In this document: piece by piece, positions 45,779-57,566 of the stretch
How the letters are laid out: every line of letters begins with the position of its first letter
How positions within the stretch are numbered: the stretch's first letter is position 1
Source of the DNA: Veleropilina oligotropha
Taxonomy: Eukaryota
Length of the DNA stretch: 64,000 nucleotides
Assembly (NCBI GenBank): GCA_048128005.1
Contig: JBEUKZ010000047.1
Span: 434,001 to 498,000 of the forward strand
Reading direction: 5' to 3'
Program-made: the position numbers and the translations under genes
Notes under the pieces: model-generated
Seen by the model: the letters and a program-made list of their open reading frames with translations, nothing else
Database searches by the model: none
What the model was told of the DNA's origin: nothing

Positions 45779-47386
45779 TATGCTTTTGTATGCGTTATAT
45801 GGATGACACCTGGTACTCTGGAAGTGAGATTGAATAAAATTTAATATAATTATTGCATAAATGTAGTTGTTTTTGAACATAGAAATTTTGGTTAAAGTTT
45901 CTGGTTAAAGTTTATCATTGAGTGTATATGGGTTGCTGAAGCAACATATTGGTGTATACTGCTATGGTATTGATAATATGAATGTCAACTGATACTATGG
46001 AAGTGATGCTGAATTAAATTTAATATAATTATTGCATAAAAATAGGTGTTTGTGGACATAGAAATTTTGGTTAAAGTTTCCGGTTAAAGTTTTTCATCGA
46101 GTGTATATGGATTGTTGAAACAACATTCTGGTGTATACTGCTTTGGTATTGATAATTTGAATGTCAACTGATACTATGGAAGTGATGCTGATTTAAATTT
46201 AATATAATTATTGCATAAAAATAGGTGTTTGTGGACATAGAAATCTGGTTAAAGTTTTGTTTAAATTTTTCAATGGGCATATGGGTCGTTCTAGGCACTG
46301 TTTTGGATCCATATACTTTAGTGTTGACTATATTGATGCTGCTCCCTCATCTGCAAGTGATTTATAATATAAATAACGTGAAATTGCTGTTTGTGGACAG
46401 AAATATGTGTTCAAGTTTGGTGAATTTCCGTTCTGTTCCATTATTTCATACATATTCTTTGGTGATGCTTATATTGATACCACCTTTTATTCTAGCAATG
46501 ACATCGAATATTATTTTGTATAAATATTGAAGAAACTTGATGTGTTGGGACATAGAAATTTTGCTTAAAGTTTATATCGGAGTGATTGCGGAAGGCGGGG
46601 GATGAATCCGTTTTCTAACGGGCTCTTTTGTTAGTCAGTTTCTGTTTGGGCATATTCTAAAAGTACATGGCGCTAATATTCCTGCCACCATATTACAGAC
46701 TAATTAATGGAGTCAAACGTTTCTTGACGTCAGACATTTTTTGTTTGTTGTTTGTAATTTGTCAATGCTGATGATTAATTAGTTGTTGAAGCAGCCTAAT
46801 CATTCTTTGCCGAAGGTACTTTCGGAGCACGATCGATCCACTTTTATTTGTCAGATGACATTAGGTCTGTATGTACATAATTATGTAACAGCCAGTACAC
46901 TTGTCAATGTCTCTCTTGTAGTTGATGAGACCGGTAATGACACGTGGTCGGATGCGAGGACGCCCGGCCCACCGTCGGTTCAGCCGCAGACGTCCACTGC
47001 CGTCAAGCGACGCCGCGTTGACGACGACACGCACGGCTCGGAACACGACTTCGAGGACTCGTAAGATCTATTTATAAGAAATAATTCATGATACAGTTTA
47101 TATTTTTTATGCTGTTGTCCTATGAACAAATTGTTGTCATTATGCATGTCAATCTGTTTGGCTTGAACAGTTACGACTGTGTGCTTACTCCCTTTAGGAG
47201 CTAACACAAAATTGCAATTACCTAGTACCTGTTATGGACCTGTTATATTCTGATAACTTTACGGTGGACATGTATTGACAAGGAAGTTCCCATTCAGGTC
47301 GGTTGGGTCAACTGAGACACATATATGTTACGTCCCTGCTCAAGGAGGTCTCTTTCGGTGTCAGAGTGGGTTTAGGTGTTGATCAA

Positions 47387-48885
47387 AATTCACTGTAATA
47401 TTCTGAATGTCACGCTGTGCAGGATTGAGTATAAATCCTGTAAATTCACTAATATTCTGAATGTCCTGCTGTGCAGGATTGAGTATAAATCCTGTAAATT
47501 CACTGTAATATTCTGAGTGTCACGCTGTGCAGGATTGGGTATACATCCTGTAATATTCTGAATGTCACGCTGTGCAGGATTGAGTATAAATCCTGTAAAT
47601 TCACTAATATTCTGAATGTCACGCTGTGCAGGATTTGGTATAAATCCTGTAAATTCACTGTAATATTCTGAATGTCACGCTGTGCAGGATTTAAATTCAC
47701 TGGAATATTATGAATGTCACGCTGTGTAGGATTGAGTATAAATCCTGTAATATTATGAATGTCACGCTGTGCAGGATTTGGTATAAATCCTGTAAATTCA
47801 CTGTAACATTCTGAATGTCACGCTGTGCAGGATTGAGTATAAATCCTGTAAATTCACTGTAATATTCTGAATGTCACGCTGTGCAGGATTTGGTATAAAT
47901 CCTGTAAATCACTGTAATATTCTGAATGTCACGCGGTGCAGGATTTGGTATAAATCCTGTAAATTCACTGTAATATTCTGAATGTCCCGCTGTGCAGGAT
48001 TTGGTATAAATCCTGTAAATTCACTGTAATATTATGTATGTCACACTGTGCAGGATTGAGTATAAATCCTGTAAATTCACTAATATTCTGAATGTCCCAC
48101 TGTGCAGGATTTGGTATAAATCCTGTAAATTCACGGTAATATTCTGAATGTCCCGCTGTGCAGGATTTGGTATAAATCCTGTAAATTCACTGTAATATTA
48201 TGTATGTCACACTGTGCAGGATTGAGTATAAATCCTGTAAATTCACTAATATTCTGTATGTCACACTGTGCAGGATGTGGTATAAATCCTGTAAATTCAC
48301 TAATATTCTGAATGTCCCACTGTGCAGGATTTGGTATAAATCCTGTAAATTCACTGTAATATTCTGAATGTCACGCTGTGCAGGATTTGGTATAAATCCT
48401 GTAAATTCACTGTAATATTATGTATGTCACACTGCAGGATTTGGTATAAATCCTGTAAATTCACTGTAATATTCTGAATGTCATGCTGTGCAGGATTTGG
48501 TATAAATCCTGTAAATTCACTGTAATATTCTGAATGTCACGCTGTGCAGGATTTGGTATAAATCCTGTAAATTCACTAATATTCTGAATGTCACGCTGTG
48601 CAGGATGTGGTATAAATCCTGTAAATTCACTGTAATATTCTGAATGTCACGCTGTGCAGGATTGGGTATAAATCCTGTAAATTCACTAATATTCTGAATG
48701 TCACGCTGTGCAGGATGTGGTATAAATCCTGTAAATTCACTAATATTCTGAATGTCACGCGGTGCAGGATTTGGTATAAATCCTGTAAATTCACTAATAT
48801 TCTGAATGTCACGCTGTGCAGGATTTGGTATAAATCCTGTAAATTCCATGTAATATTCTGTGCAGGATTTGGTATAAATCCTGTG
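47387..48885. repeat. 54-56-bp minisatellite, about 27 copies, each with inverted repeat CAGGATTT-N5-AAATCCTG
   Basis: Direct tandem repeats. Confidence 0.95.
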
Positions 48886-49487
48886 CTCAGAAATTTTGCA
48901 GAGTTAACAATGACAGCTGTCTATAACGGGTTTTCCGGGAATCCAGAATTTTGTCCGGCAGTAATATGGATATGTCCTGGTATGGCTTTTGATGGTGGTA
49001 AATGGAGTATTAAGGACCGATTCAACCCAAACAGCCCAATGGAGATCGCCGGGACATGGATCACTCCTTGTTTTCTGCATCCATAAATCATGGTGTCGTA
49101 CAAGAGTTTATTTTGTGTCATAGTTACAAGAACTGAAACTGGTTAGAAATTCATTGTGCGTGGTACCAAATCTAATATTCACTGTAAAATTGCAGTCAAA
49201 TTTTCTATTGTGACTCTGGGATGTCCGTTAGGATTAATGAAATATATGTAATAATGGAAAAAAATAGCACACTGTAGCAGGACGACTGCCCATATTTACG
49301 TTGAAAAAGAAATAAATACAATGTAGGTTTTATTTCCCAAATTTTATTATCAGGTAATGCCTCTGTCTATAACGAAGTCTAGTGTTCTCTCTGTACATCA
49401 GAGGTTGTCTCTGCAAGCATTATCAGATAATGTCTGTGTATAATAAAGTCGAGTGTTCTCTCTGTACATTAGAGCTTGTTTCCGCAG

Positions 49488-49548
49488 GTCGCGGGTGGAC
49501 GAGAGTGGGGAGAGTCCGTTCGAGGATGATGAGGCAAGGAGCTCGACG
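49488..49548 (+). other. Putative coding exon (SRVDESGESPFEDDEARSST)
   Basis: TTGTTTCCGCAG acceptor, GTAAGT donor, GC-rich island. Confidence 0.5.
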
Positions 49549-50156
49549 GTAAGTATCGATAATGCTTGAGAGACCAACATATATAATTGACATCTGCTGT
49601 TGTAAAATAATATTGAAAAACTGCTATTTAACCACATAATGATTTCGGACAGTATTTCTTCATAAGGTTCAAATTGCTCACCTGTCACTAATTTTCAGTG
49701 ATTGACATTGTTGTAGTGACCTTTGACCTCTAAATTTTTTCTGGACTACAATCGTACAGCCTGTATGGAATTGTCTATAATATCACACGAAGAGAACCAA
49801 TATCCCTGGGGATCCCACCTGCCCCAGATAGTTACTGATGACGGCTGTTAACGGTAGGCGCAGGTCGACAAATACAAAAGTTGGTCAAAAATGTCACTTT
49901 TGAGTTTTTGTAATTTTCGGAAATGTTAAATACAACTTTACAATAAATAAATACCTGTTCGTGTGAAAAATGTAGAAAAAGTGTATATTTTCATGTTTTT
50001 ATGTGCTGACTTGTTTATTTTTAATGTTTTGGTTATAAAATCGACCAAAAAACATCAACTTTGAGGTAATATATCCGCGACGCCATTATGCCGCATCGCG
50101 TCGCCATGTTGGTTCATAGTAAACAAGAAAGCTCCATCTTCAACCTTGTTTTCATT

Positions 50157-50524
50157 ATTATGCCCCCACCAATTTATTGGGGGGGGGGGGCATTAAGATT
50201 TACCCTTGTCCGTCCATCCCGAAAACCAGTATTGCGTGCAAGTAACTCCATTCAGCTATAACTGCCATCTGCCGTCATGGATTGACTTGATACTTCTTAC
50301 ACTTGCTTATCATCATTCATATTTCGCTTCTGTGACCCACTCATGCCGCCCCTATGCCCAAGGTCAAATGACTTAGCTCTTTGGACCAGTATTTGTGTGC
50401 GAGTAACTCCATTCTGCTGTAACTTCCATCTTGCCTCATGGATTGGCTTTTATCATCATTCATACTTCGCTGGTAAAGGCTGGCAGTGGGGGCATTTGTT
50501 TCCGGTGGACAAATTTCAAGTTTT
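50157..50524 (+). mobile_element. Second short HINE-like element
   Basis: subTIR ATGCCCCCAC, nearby inverted GGGGGCAT, GTCCGTCCATCC, two internal repeats, 3' GTGGGGGCAT plus small hairpin. Confidence 0.6.
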
Positions 50525-52146
50525 CATTCAGTTCTGTTCTAGTTGTGTAGTTATAGCATAATAAAACATGACGTTTTCAACCTAGTTCGTTTTAAATATA
50601 ACTATAACCGGAATCCCCAGGAAATCCCCAATGCGATTGGGCAAATGGCGTCACGTGATTCACGTGATGCTTGCTTGCATATTACATTACGCATGTGCAA
50701 TGTGTAAATTTCGACTAGAAGGTATTTCTCGACTTTTTTTAGCATTAGATTTGTCCACGAGTTTTAAATGTAAATATTTTAGTTTTCACTAAAAATATAT
50801 CGAAGGCCGCCGATTTTTCATGTAAATATAGGAAAAAATTGGAACAAGCGAACGGAAACGAAAGTGCACCGACGCACATTGCATCGATACCCTCGACGAT
50901 GGCGATATTTTGGGCAAAACTGACGGCACTGTATCAATAAAGAAAGCCACAAAATGTACGCAAAAATTCTTACTACATGGGTTAGTTAGAGATGCTGCCA
51001 CCTCAGCCAAAATATGGAAAAAGGTGCCATTGTTGAAATATGTTCCGTCACGGAAAAGAGAAATGTTTTTTTAAATAATAAAAAAAAACGCACCCGAGAT
51101 GATCAAAACGCATCTGTGGTCTAGATTAGGACAACATCTTCAAAACCGAAGAAAATATCTAAAGGACAGGGAAAGCGGAAAGCGATCACAATTCATTGCA
51201 ACACATTCAGGACCAACTTCTAACCATTCTTCTGTACTGGTACCTACTCCTGTCCATCAAAGGCCACTAGATCTGATGAAGTGAATACCATGGCCACCTG
51301 CCAATTGCAACCAACAGCCGCCAAAATGTCAACGTACAAAATCCCGAAAAAACAAGTACCGGTGTCAAACCAACCGCCTGTCTTATGCTTCCAGCCAGGA
51401 CAGTTGGTAAACATTATGAATCGCAATGGAACGTGTCTTGGAACTGGAATTTTCATATCTAATAAAGATAATGTGTTCGCTGAAGTTGTTTTGAAGACAA
51501 AATTATCTCAAATGTTGTCTAGTGATCATGATTCAGATGAGTTGCCACAACCATGCGGTAGTATTTATCACTTCAACCAACTAGAAAATAAACAGTTGTT
51601 TACCTGGAAACTTGTTAATATGACCTTCTGGCCGTGGGAAAGCTGTCCCAATGAAGACTCCTGATCAGCCACAGGAACACGCAGTCAAATGATCCTCTTT
51701 GAATAAAAAAGTACTGGTAACCACATGCACTGCACCATCTACAATTAAACCACCGGGCATGCCAGTACAAGTGTGCACCACTAGTACTGATCATGAATTC
51801 GAAATTGCATTGATGGAATGGGCGGAAGGCAAATTGTATCTTGGTGTATTAAGTAAAGATGGAGCAGTTGTTAAAAATTGTCCTAACTATATTGCAAAGA
51901 TCACCAATGATGACGTAAAGATTTGTTCATCTATAAAATGGAACATGCTATCTCTGAATGCCCAAGACATCCAGAGAAATCCTGATATGAAATATTGTGT
52001 GTGGAAATCAGCTGCATCTGGGCCATTGGCAAGTTATACAAAAGGAGCAAAGGAAATTAGAATCAGTAATGTGGCAGCATTCCTCGCTGAGATGAAGGAT
52101 CACTTGATAACATATGATGATCAATAGTGATTTATTTCCTCTGCAC

Positions 52147-52244
52147 GCCAAGAAGATAGAGGAACTGGAGGCAGAGCTGGCCGCGTCCGAGAGGCAGCGA
52201 CGGGCCACAGAGTCCGAGCTGCAGGATGAGATCGCCAACAGCAA
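52147..52244 (+). other. Putative coiled-coil exon (AKKIEELEAELAASERQRRATESELQDEIANS); copy at 60450-60547
   Basis: GTAAGT donor; acceptor is CAG in the 60450 copy and CAC here; myosin-II-tail-like heptads. Confidence 0.55.
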
Positions 52245-52496
52245 GTAAGTCAAGAAAAACAGCAAGTTAGTCTAGTACAAGGCTCTCGCTTGACTGCTCT
52301 GTCTAGCAGGAGTGAGTTTGAATTCTTGTTTTGGCGCTTTGTTCAGTAGACAGTCATAGTCGATCATAACTGTCTGGTGACGGCGTATTTCCCAGGTTTT
52401 CTTCCCATGACGATATGGACTTGTCCAGGTATGAACTTGAAGATTGTTAAGAACGTGATATTTGTATCGAGCGTAACCAAATTCAACAGCTAGTAA

Positions 52497-53183
52497 CCAA
52501 ACCTAATGGATGTCATGTAGAAACAGGCCAAACCTAATAGATGGATGTCACGTAGAAACAGGCCAAACCTAATAGATCGGATGTCATGTAGAAACAAGCC
52601 AAACCTAATAGATGGATGTCACGTAGAAACAGGCCAAACCTAATAGATGGATGTCATGTAGAAACAGGCCAAACCTAATATATCGGATGTCACATAGATA
52701 GAAACAAACCAAACCTAATAGATCGGATGTCACGTAGAAGTTTACAGGCCAAACCTAATAGATAGATGTCATGTAGAAACAGGCCAAACCTAATAGATCG
52801 GATGTCACGTAGAAACAGGCCAAACCTAATAGATGGATGTTACGTAGAAACAGGCCAAACCTAATAGATCGGATGTCACGTAGAAACAGGCCAAACCTAA
52901 TAGATGGATGTCATGTAGAAACAGGCCAAACCTAATAGATCGGATGTCACATAGAAACAAACCAAACCTAATAGATCGGATGTCACGTAGAAGTTTACAG
53001 GCCAAACCTAATAGATAGATGTCATGTAGAAACAGTCCAAACCTAATAGATGGGATGTCACGTAGAAGTTTACAGGCCAAACCTAATAGATGGGATGTCA
53101 CGTAGAAACAGGCCAAACCTAATAGATGGGATGTCACGTAGAAACCGACCAAACCTAATAGATGGATGTCACGTAGAAACAGG
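52497..53183. repeat. 35-39-bp minisatellite, about 19 copies
   Basis: GCCAAACCTAATAGATGGATGTCACGTAGAAACAG units. Confidence 0.95.
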
Positions 53184-53401
53184 AGAGAAGTAGCATTCCA
53201 GGCATCCTACTTGTGCAAAAGAAAATCAAAATCAATTTAGCATAAACCACAATTACAGTAAAATGTCAGACTACATATTCACATTCTAATGATCTGACTA
53301 ATCATATCTCATCCATTTTTTATAAGTTTAATATTTTATAGGATGAATTACTATGCTACTTAGGATTTGTCTTTGATAAGACCCCCGATACCACGGTAGA
53401 G

Positions 53402-53932
53402 GTGGCACCAGGGTTCTACAGCTTCGATTCCCTCGCCAAGACGATGAAGAGGTCCCTAGCTAACATGCGGCTCGAGGTAAGCCGTGCTACCGGACTCGCG
53501 CAACTCGTCCCAGAGGGGACTCGACTGGCGATAAGCGACGATATACGGAAGCTCCTCGGCTTCACCCTTTCAGGGTGGCTACTTATGACTTATGACAAGA
53601 ACAAGCCTGTCGGGTCGCTGCAATGGCTACGCCCCGGGACTTATGACGGGAACAAGCCCGTCGGGTTTGCCATAGCAGCGACCCTACACGTTCATCTGGA
53701 GAAGCTCGGAACAACACACAATATGAAGGACGGCGCCCCGAGCAATATTCTCGCGGTGGTCCCTATAACGTCGCAGATGTTCGGTGAGGCTGCCCACTAT
53801 CATAGCTATCCAGCCTTCCGGCGACTACAGGCGGGGCTACTCACAGAATTGAAGGTGTATGTCACCGACTCAGATGGTAACCCGCTCGACAATCACGGTA
53901 TGCCTATTTCCGCCGTCCTTGAGATACAATGA
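53402..53932 (+). CDS. Possible Polinton/adintovirus-type minor capsid (penton-like) protein, probably 5'-truncated
   Basis: C-terminal pattern LHVH...N..DG.PSNILAVVP....FGE...Y...P.F..L....L.EL.V.VTDSDGNPLD..G.PIS.VLEI recognised by eye only. Confidence 0.45.
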   Translation: MAPGFYSFDSLAKTMKRSLANMRLEVSRATGLAQLVPEGTRLAISDDIRKLLGFTLSGWLLMTYDKNKPVGSLQWLRPGTYDGNKPVGFAIAATLHVHLEKLGTTHNMKDGAPSNILAVVPITSQMFGEAAHYHSYPAFRRLQAGLLTELKVYVTDSDGNPLDNHGMPISAVLEIQ

Positions 53933-54288
53933 GCAGCATCTACGGGACCCCACTCCTGCTTGCAGATGAGCCTTCAGCGACCCAGTGGCACTTTGTTCTT
54001 AGTTGTGGGGAAGCGCCCAAGAAGGGGCTGGCGAGGAGGGAGTTTATGATCCCAAACGCTGGAGGTCGGTTTGGGTTGAACCCAGCCCTTCTAATGATCC
54101 ACATGACGCCGGTCCAGCCGGCCGGGGGCGCCCCCAAAGCGTGTTCCATAAATAGACTTGGCCTGGATTCGGACAAGTTGACCCTCGCCTTTGCCATCAA
54201 GGCCCCCTGGGTGAACACCCTTTATTTGAACGTTACGGTAGACATTCGGAATCAACAGGCTGAACAATACAGCCACGGGGGGGACTAG
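53929..54288 (+). CDS. Hypothetical 119-aa protein coupled to the upstream ORF by an ATGA overlap
   Basis: Open in both copies (62232-62591); GC-rich; no family recognised. Confidence 0.4.
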   Translation: MSSIYGTPLLLADEPSATQWHFVLSCGEAPKKGLARREFMIPNAGGRFGLNPALLMIHMTPVQPAGGAPKACSINRLGLDSDKLTLAFAIKAPWVNTLYLNVTVDIRNQQAEQYSHGGD

Positions 54289-56329
54289 GGGGTTTTGAAA
54301 TAATCTAGGGGGGGCCCGGGGAGACCGGGGAGGCTCCCAGCCCTATTTCCGAACTGAGGGGCTCGTAATATATACCCGCAGGGCATTTTAGTAGAATTCG
54401 GGGAGGGGGGCCCGGGGGGTCGCCGGGGAGGCTCCCAGCGCCATCCGAAACTAGGGTAGCTTAGAATAGTCTATTTGGGGGCATTTTATAAGAATGGGCC
54501 AGGGGCGCGTCTATCAATTGTATTGTTTAATTTTGGTCTCGAAAGAAGGCGGCGCAAAGGCGGTGGGTGCGGTAAACGCAAGGTGGACAGTAAGTACAGC
54601 ATGCGCAAGGTGGATAGTAAGTGGTCGGGGGGGGGTACGGCATGTTCAAGTTGGATAGTAAGTGGTCGAATAGATACGGCAAGGTTCACAGGGTGGCCAT
54701 AGCTTTTAACATGGTCAACAGGGTAGCCATAGCTGTGTGATCGACAAGGTGACCATAGGTGTTTAAAAATAACCTCTTAAAAAAATTTGCTGCAGTTTCG
54801 AGAGAAACAGCCATATATATCTATATTTGGAAAAGACAAACGGAACAGGCCCAATGCCAAATTTTATTTTGTTGAGAATTCCAAGTATTGCACCATAGTA
54901 TTAATAAACTCAGCGTCACTCTTAACCTGTCCATTGCAGAGTAGGCATCGAGTTCAGTCTGACCCCAAACGACGTACACGGCCTCCCACCGAACCTGGCG
55001 TTCCTGTATGAGTTCACCAACAAAATGATGAAGAAGGATAAGAACACAGTGTGAGTTCTCTGATGTTTATGGCTACACAGTGTGAATTCTTGGATGTTAT
55101 GTTTACAAATATATAATTATTTGGGTATTGATTGCATTGAACTTGTGATTGTATTCATTCAGGATCTTCCATTTTTTTCTCCATTTTGTTTGATTGGCGT
55201 CATCGACTGAGCAGTTACCACTCCAGGCATCCTACTTGTGCAAAAGAAAATCAAAATCAATTTAGCATAAACCACAATTACAGTAAAATGTCAGACTACA
55301 TATTCACATTCTAATGATCTGACTAATCATATCTCATCCATTTTTTATAAGTTGAATATTTTATAGGATGAATTACTATGCTACTTAGGATTTGTCTTTG
55401 ATAAGTATGGATTTGTCTTTGATAAGTATGCAAAGAGCGATGGCAGTCCTTAGCAGTGATCCATATGTACGAGAATAGTATTGGTGAATCTAGTACATTA
55501 ATTGTATGCGTGGCGAAGTCTGCCTATATGTTTTCGCACAACTCAAAAAGTCTTATCTTGTGTACAGATGTGCCATGGGACGAAGGAGAAGCCTATTTAT
55601 TTTAACTTCAGGCACTTTGGTTGAATAGGTAAAGAATTTAACCATTGTATAATGCTTCATTATGTTACTCATGTTAGTTATGTGCTTACCGTGTTTTCTC
55701 TGGCAGCGTGAACTACCTGGACAAGCACCAGTCGGCCCTCTGTGAGGGATGGCAGCTGCTGCAGGGGTATAGAAACCGCCTGGTGCAGGTGAAGCACAAG
55801 ACCCGCCCGATCATACGAAGGAAGGCGGCGCAAAGGCGGTGCGTTAAGCGCAAGGTGGACAGTAAGTACAGCATGCGCAAGGTAGATAGTAAGTGGTCGG
55901 GGGGGGTACGGCATGTTCAAGTTGGATAGTAAGTGGTCGAATAGATACGGCAAGGTTCACAGGGTTACCATAGCTTTTAACATGGTCCACAGGGTAGCCA
56001 TAGCTGTTAACATGGTCCACAGGGTAGCCATAGCTGTTAACATGGTCCACAGGGTTACCATACCTTTTAACATGGTCCACAGGGTAGCCATAGCTGTGTG
56101 ATCGACAAGGTGACCATAGGTGTTTATACGGTCAATAAATCCAAATGCATTCCATTCCTCTAGTTCTTGGGTTTTGGACCGCATATATAATGTAATTATC
56201 ATTTTTATCCCCCGCCCGAAGGGTAGCGGGGGATATTGTTGTTGCCATGTCCGACCGTACGTCCATAAACAATTTGGTTAAAGTTTCGAATTGAGGGTGT
56301 GTAGCTTGCCCATGATACTTTTTGGCATA

Positions 56330-57566
56330 TATCGGGTGGCCAATAAAAAACTTCCCGAACTTTAAAGGTTAATAACTTTGCAATGAACCACTATATTGTT
56401 ATGAAACTTCACACAAGTAAAAAATGTAATGTTGTTAATATATTCTGAAAGATTCAAGTCTCTATATCATATACTTTTTCTGTAGTCGGATAAATATAAA
56501 CAAACGTCAAAAACGGCAAGGGCTACGTCCAAAAAGCTGCATAGTTATCTTATATTTACTGAAAGAAGTGATCAATATGGCCTCTATCTGCTTCAAAAAC
56601 TCCTCTGAGTTTTTTTTCCACCTTGATATCGTACTTCTAACCTCTCGAAGACATATTTTGTCCCAGCATTTCTTCAGCCTCTTTTTTAGTTCACATTCAT
56701 TAAACACATATGTACGCCCTTCGTACACTTTCTCTGACAGATTATTCCAAATGGAATAGTCCATTGCGTTGAGGCCTGGACTCATCCACTGACTGATCCA
56801 AGAAGGCTTGCGTAGACCTACTTGTGTGCGAAGTTGCCCCATCCTGTTGGAAAACAAAACTTCCATCAGGATAGAGCCGACGGCAATCAGGCAAGAGTCC
56901 CTTTTCCAATAGTTTTTGATGTCTTTCACTTTTTTGGTATCAATAGTGAAGCATCGTTTTTCCATTCCACGATACCCCTGCAGAAACCATATTTTCTTGG
57001 TAAACCTTGATGTTTCATGGTACAGTCTTGTGGTGGATATATCCCATTTCATTCTTCCGTACACCCTAGCGTTTTGGCGGTTACGCGCCACCTCATACGT
57101 GAAGTCTTTCTCGTCCGTAAAGACAAGTCTTTTTGCATCCTGTTTGGAATACCTGCTGTATAACTTTTTGGGGTCTTCCTTTTTTGTTTGACTGTTTTAT
57201 CCCGCCGTGAAACTTTTACGCGTTTGGAAGATTTTAATTCCAATTTGTTAGTAATGTTCTGAACTGATGAGCGTGAAATTTCCAGATCTTTGGCAATTTT
57301 CTGCTGAGACTTATGAGTCCCTGGCTTGTCCTCTTGCGACACAATTGCTTCTTCCACGTAAACCTTATTTGTTTCAGTATTTGCGGTTCTTGGCCTTCCA
57401 CTACCTTGTTTTCTACTGGTTGAACCTGAAGTCCTTATTCTCTCAATAAGGAGGTTGACTGTTCGCACATTCCACTTTGTATCAGGGAATTCCCTTATAA
57501 TCCTTGCACCACACCAGCCCTTTTCCTTGAAACATGCCTCAATAACTGCTTTATCACTCTGATTAA
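56330..57566 (-). mobile_element. Duplicate mariner fragment, lacking the 6-bp-TSD insertion and cut by element F
   Basis: Same TIR and transposase remnants as 43191-45444. Confidence 0.9.

Larger units (their letters stand above)
43063..46632 (+). mobile_element. Helentron-associated (HINE/DINE-1-like) non-autonomous element with ~180-bp internal repeats, interrupted by the mariner
   Basis: T-run, subTIR ATCCCCCGC (43068) with nearby inverted GCGGGGGAT, GTCC-type microsatellite, tandem units at 45780-46570, 3' GCGGGGGAT (46595) plus hairpin CCGTT-TTCT-AACGG. Confidence 0.7.
42100..54812. mobile_element. 12.7-kb TIR-bounded composite insertion in a (TA)n tract
   Basis: 26-bp TIRs with 2 mismatches, GGCTGATTCTCACGAAACTGCAGCAA (42100-42125) and TTGCTGCAGTTTCGAGAGAAACAGCC (54787-54812); empty (TA)n site at about 27886-27911. 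Confidence 0.8.

Noticed and set aside
47500..48849. Repetitive ORFs in minisatellites (also 52826-53152 and 42705-43063)
   Set aside because: By-products of stop-poor tandem repeats
49835..49880. Hammerhead core suggested by CTGATGA
   Set aside because: No stem II followed by GAAA and no closing stems found
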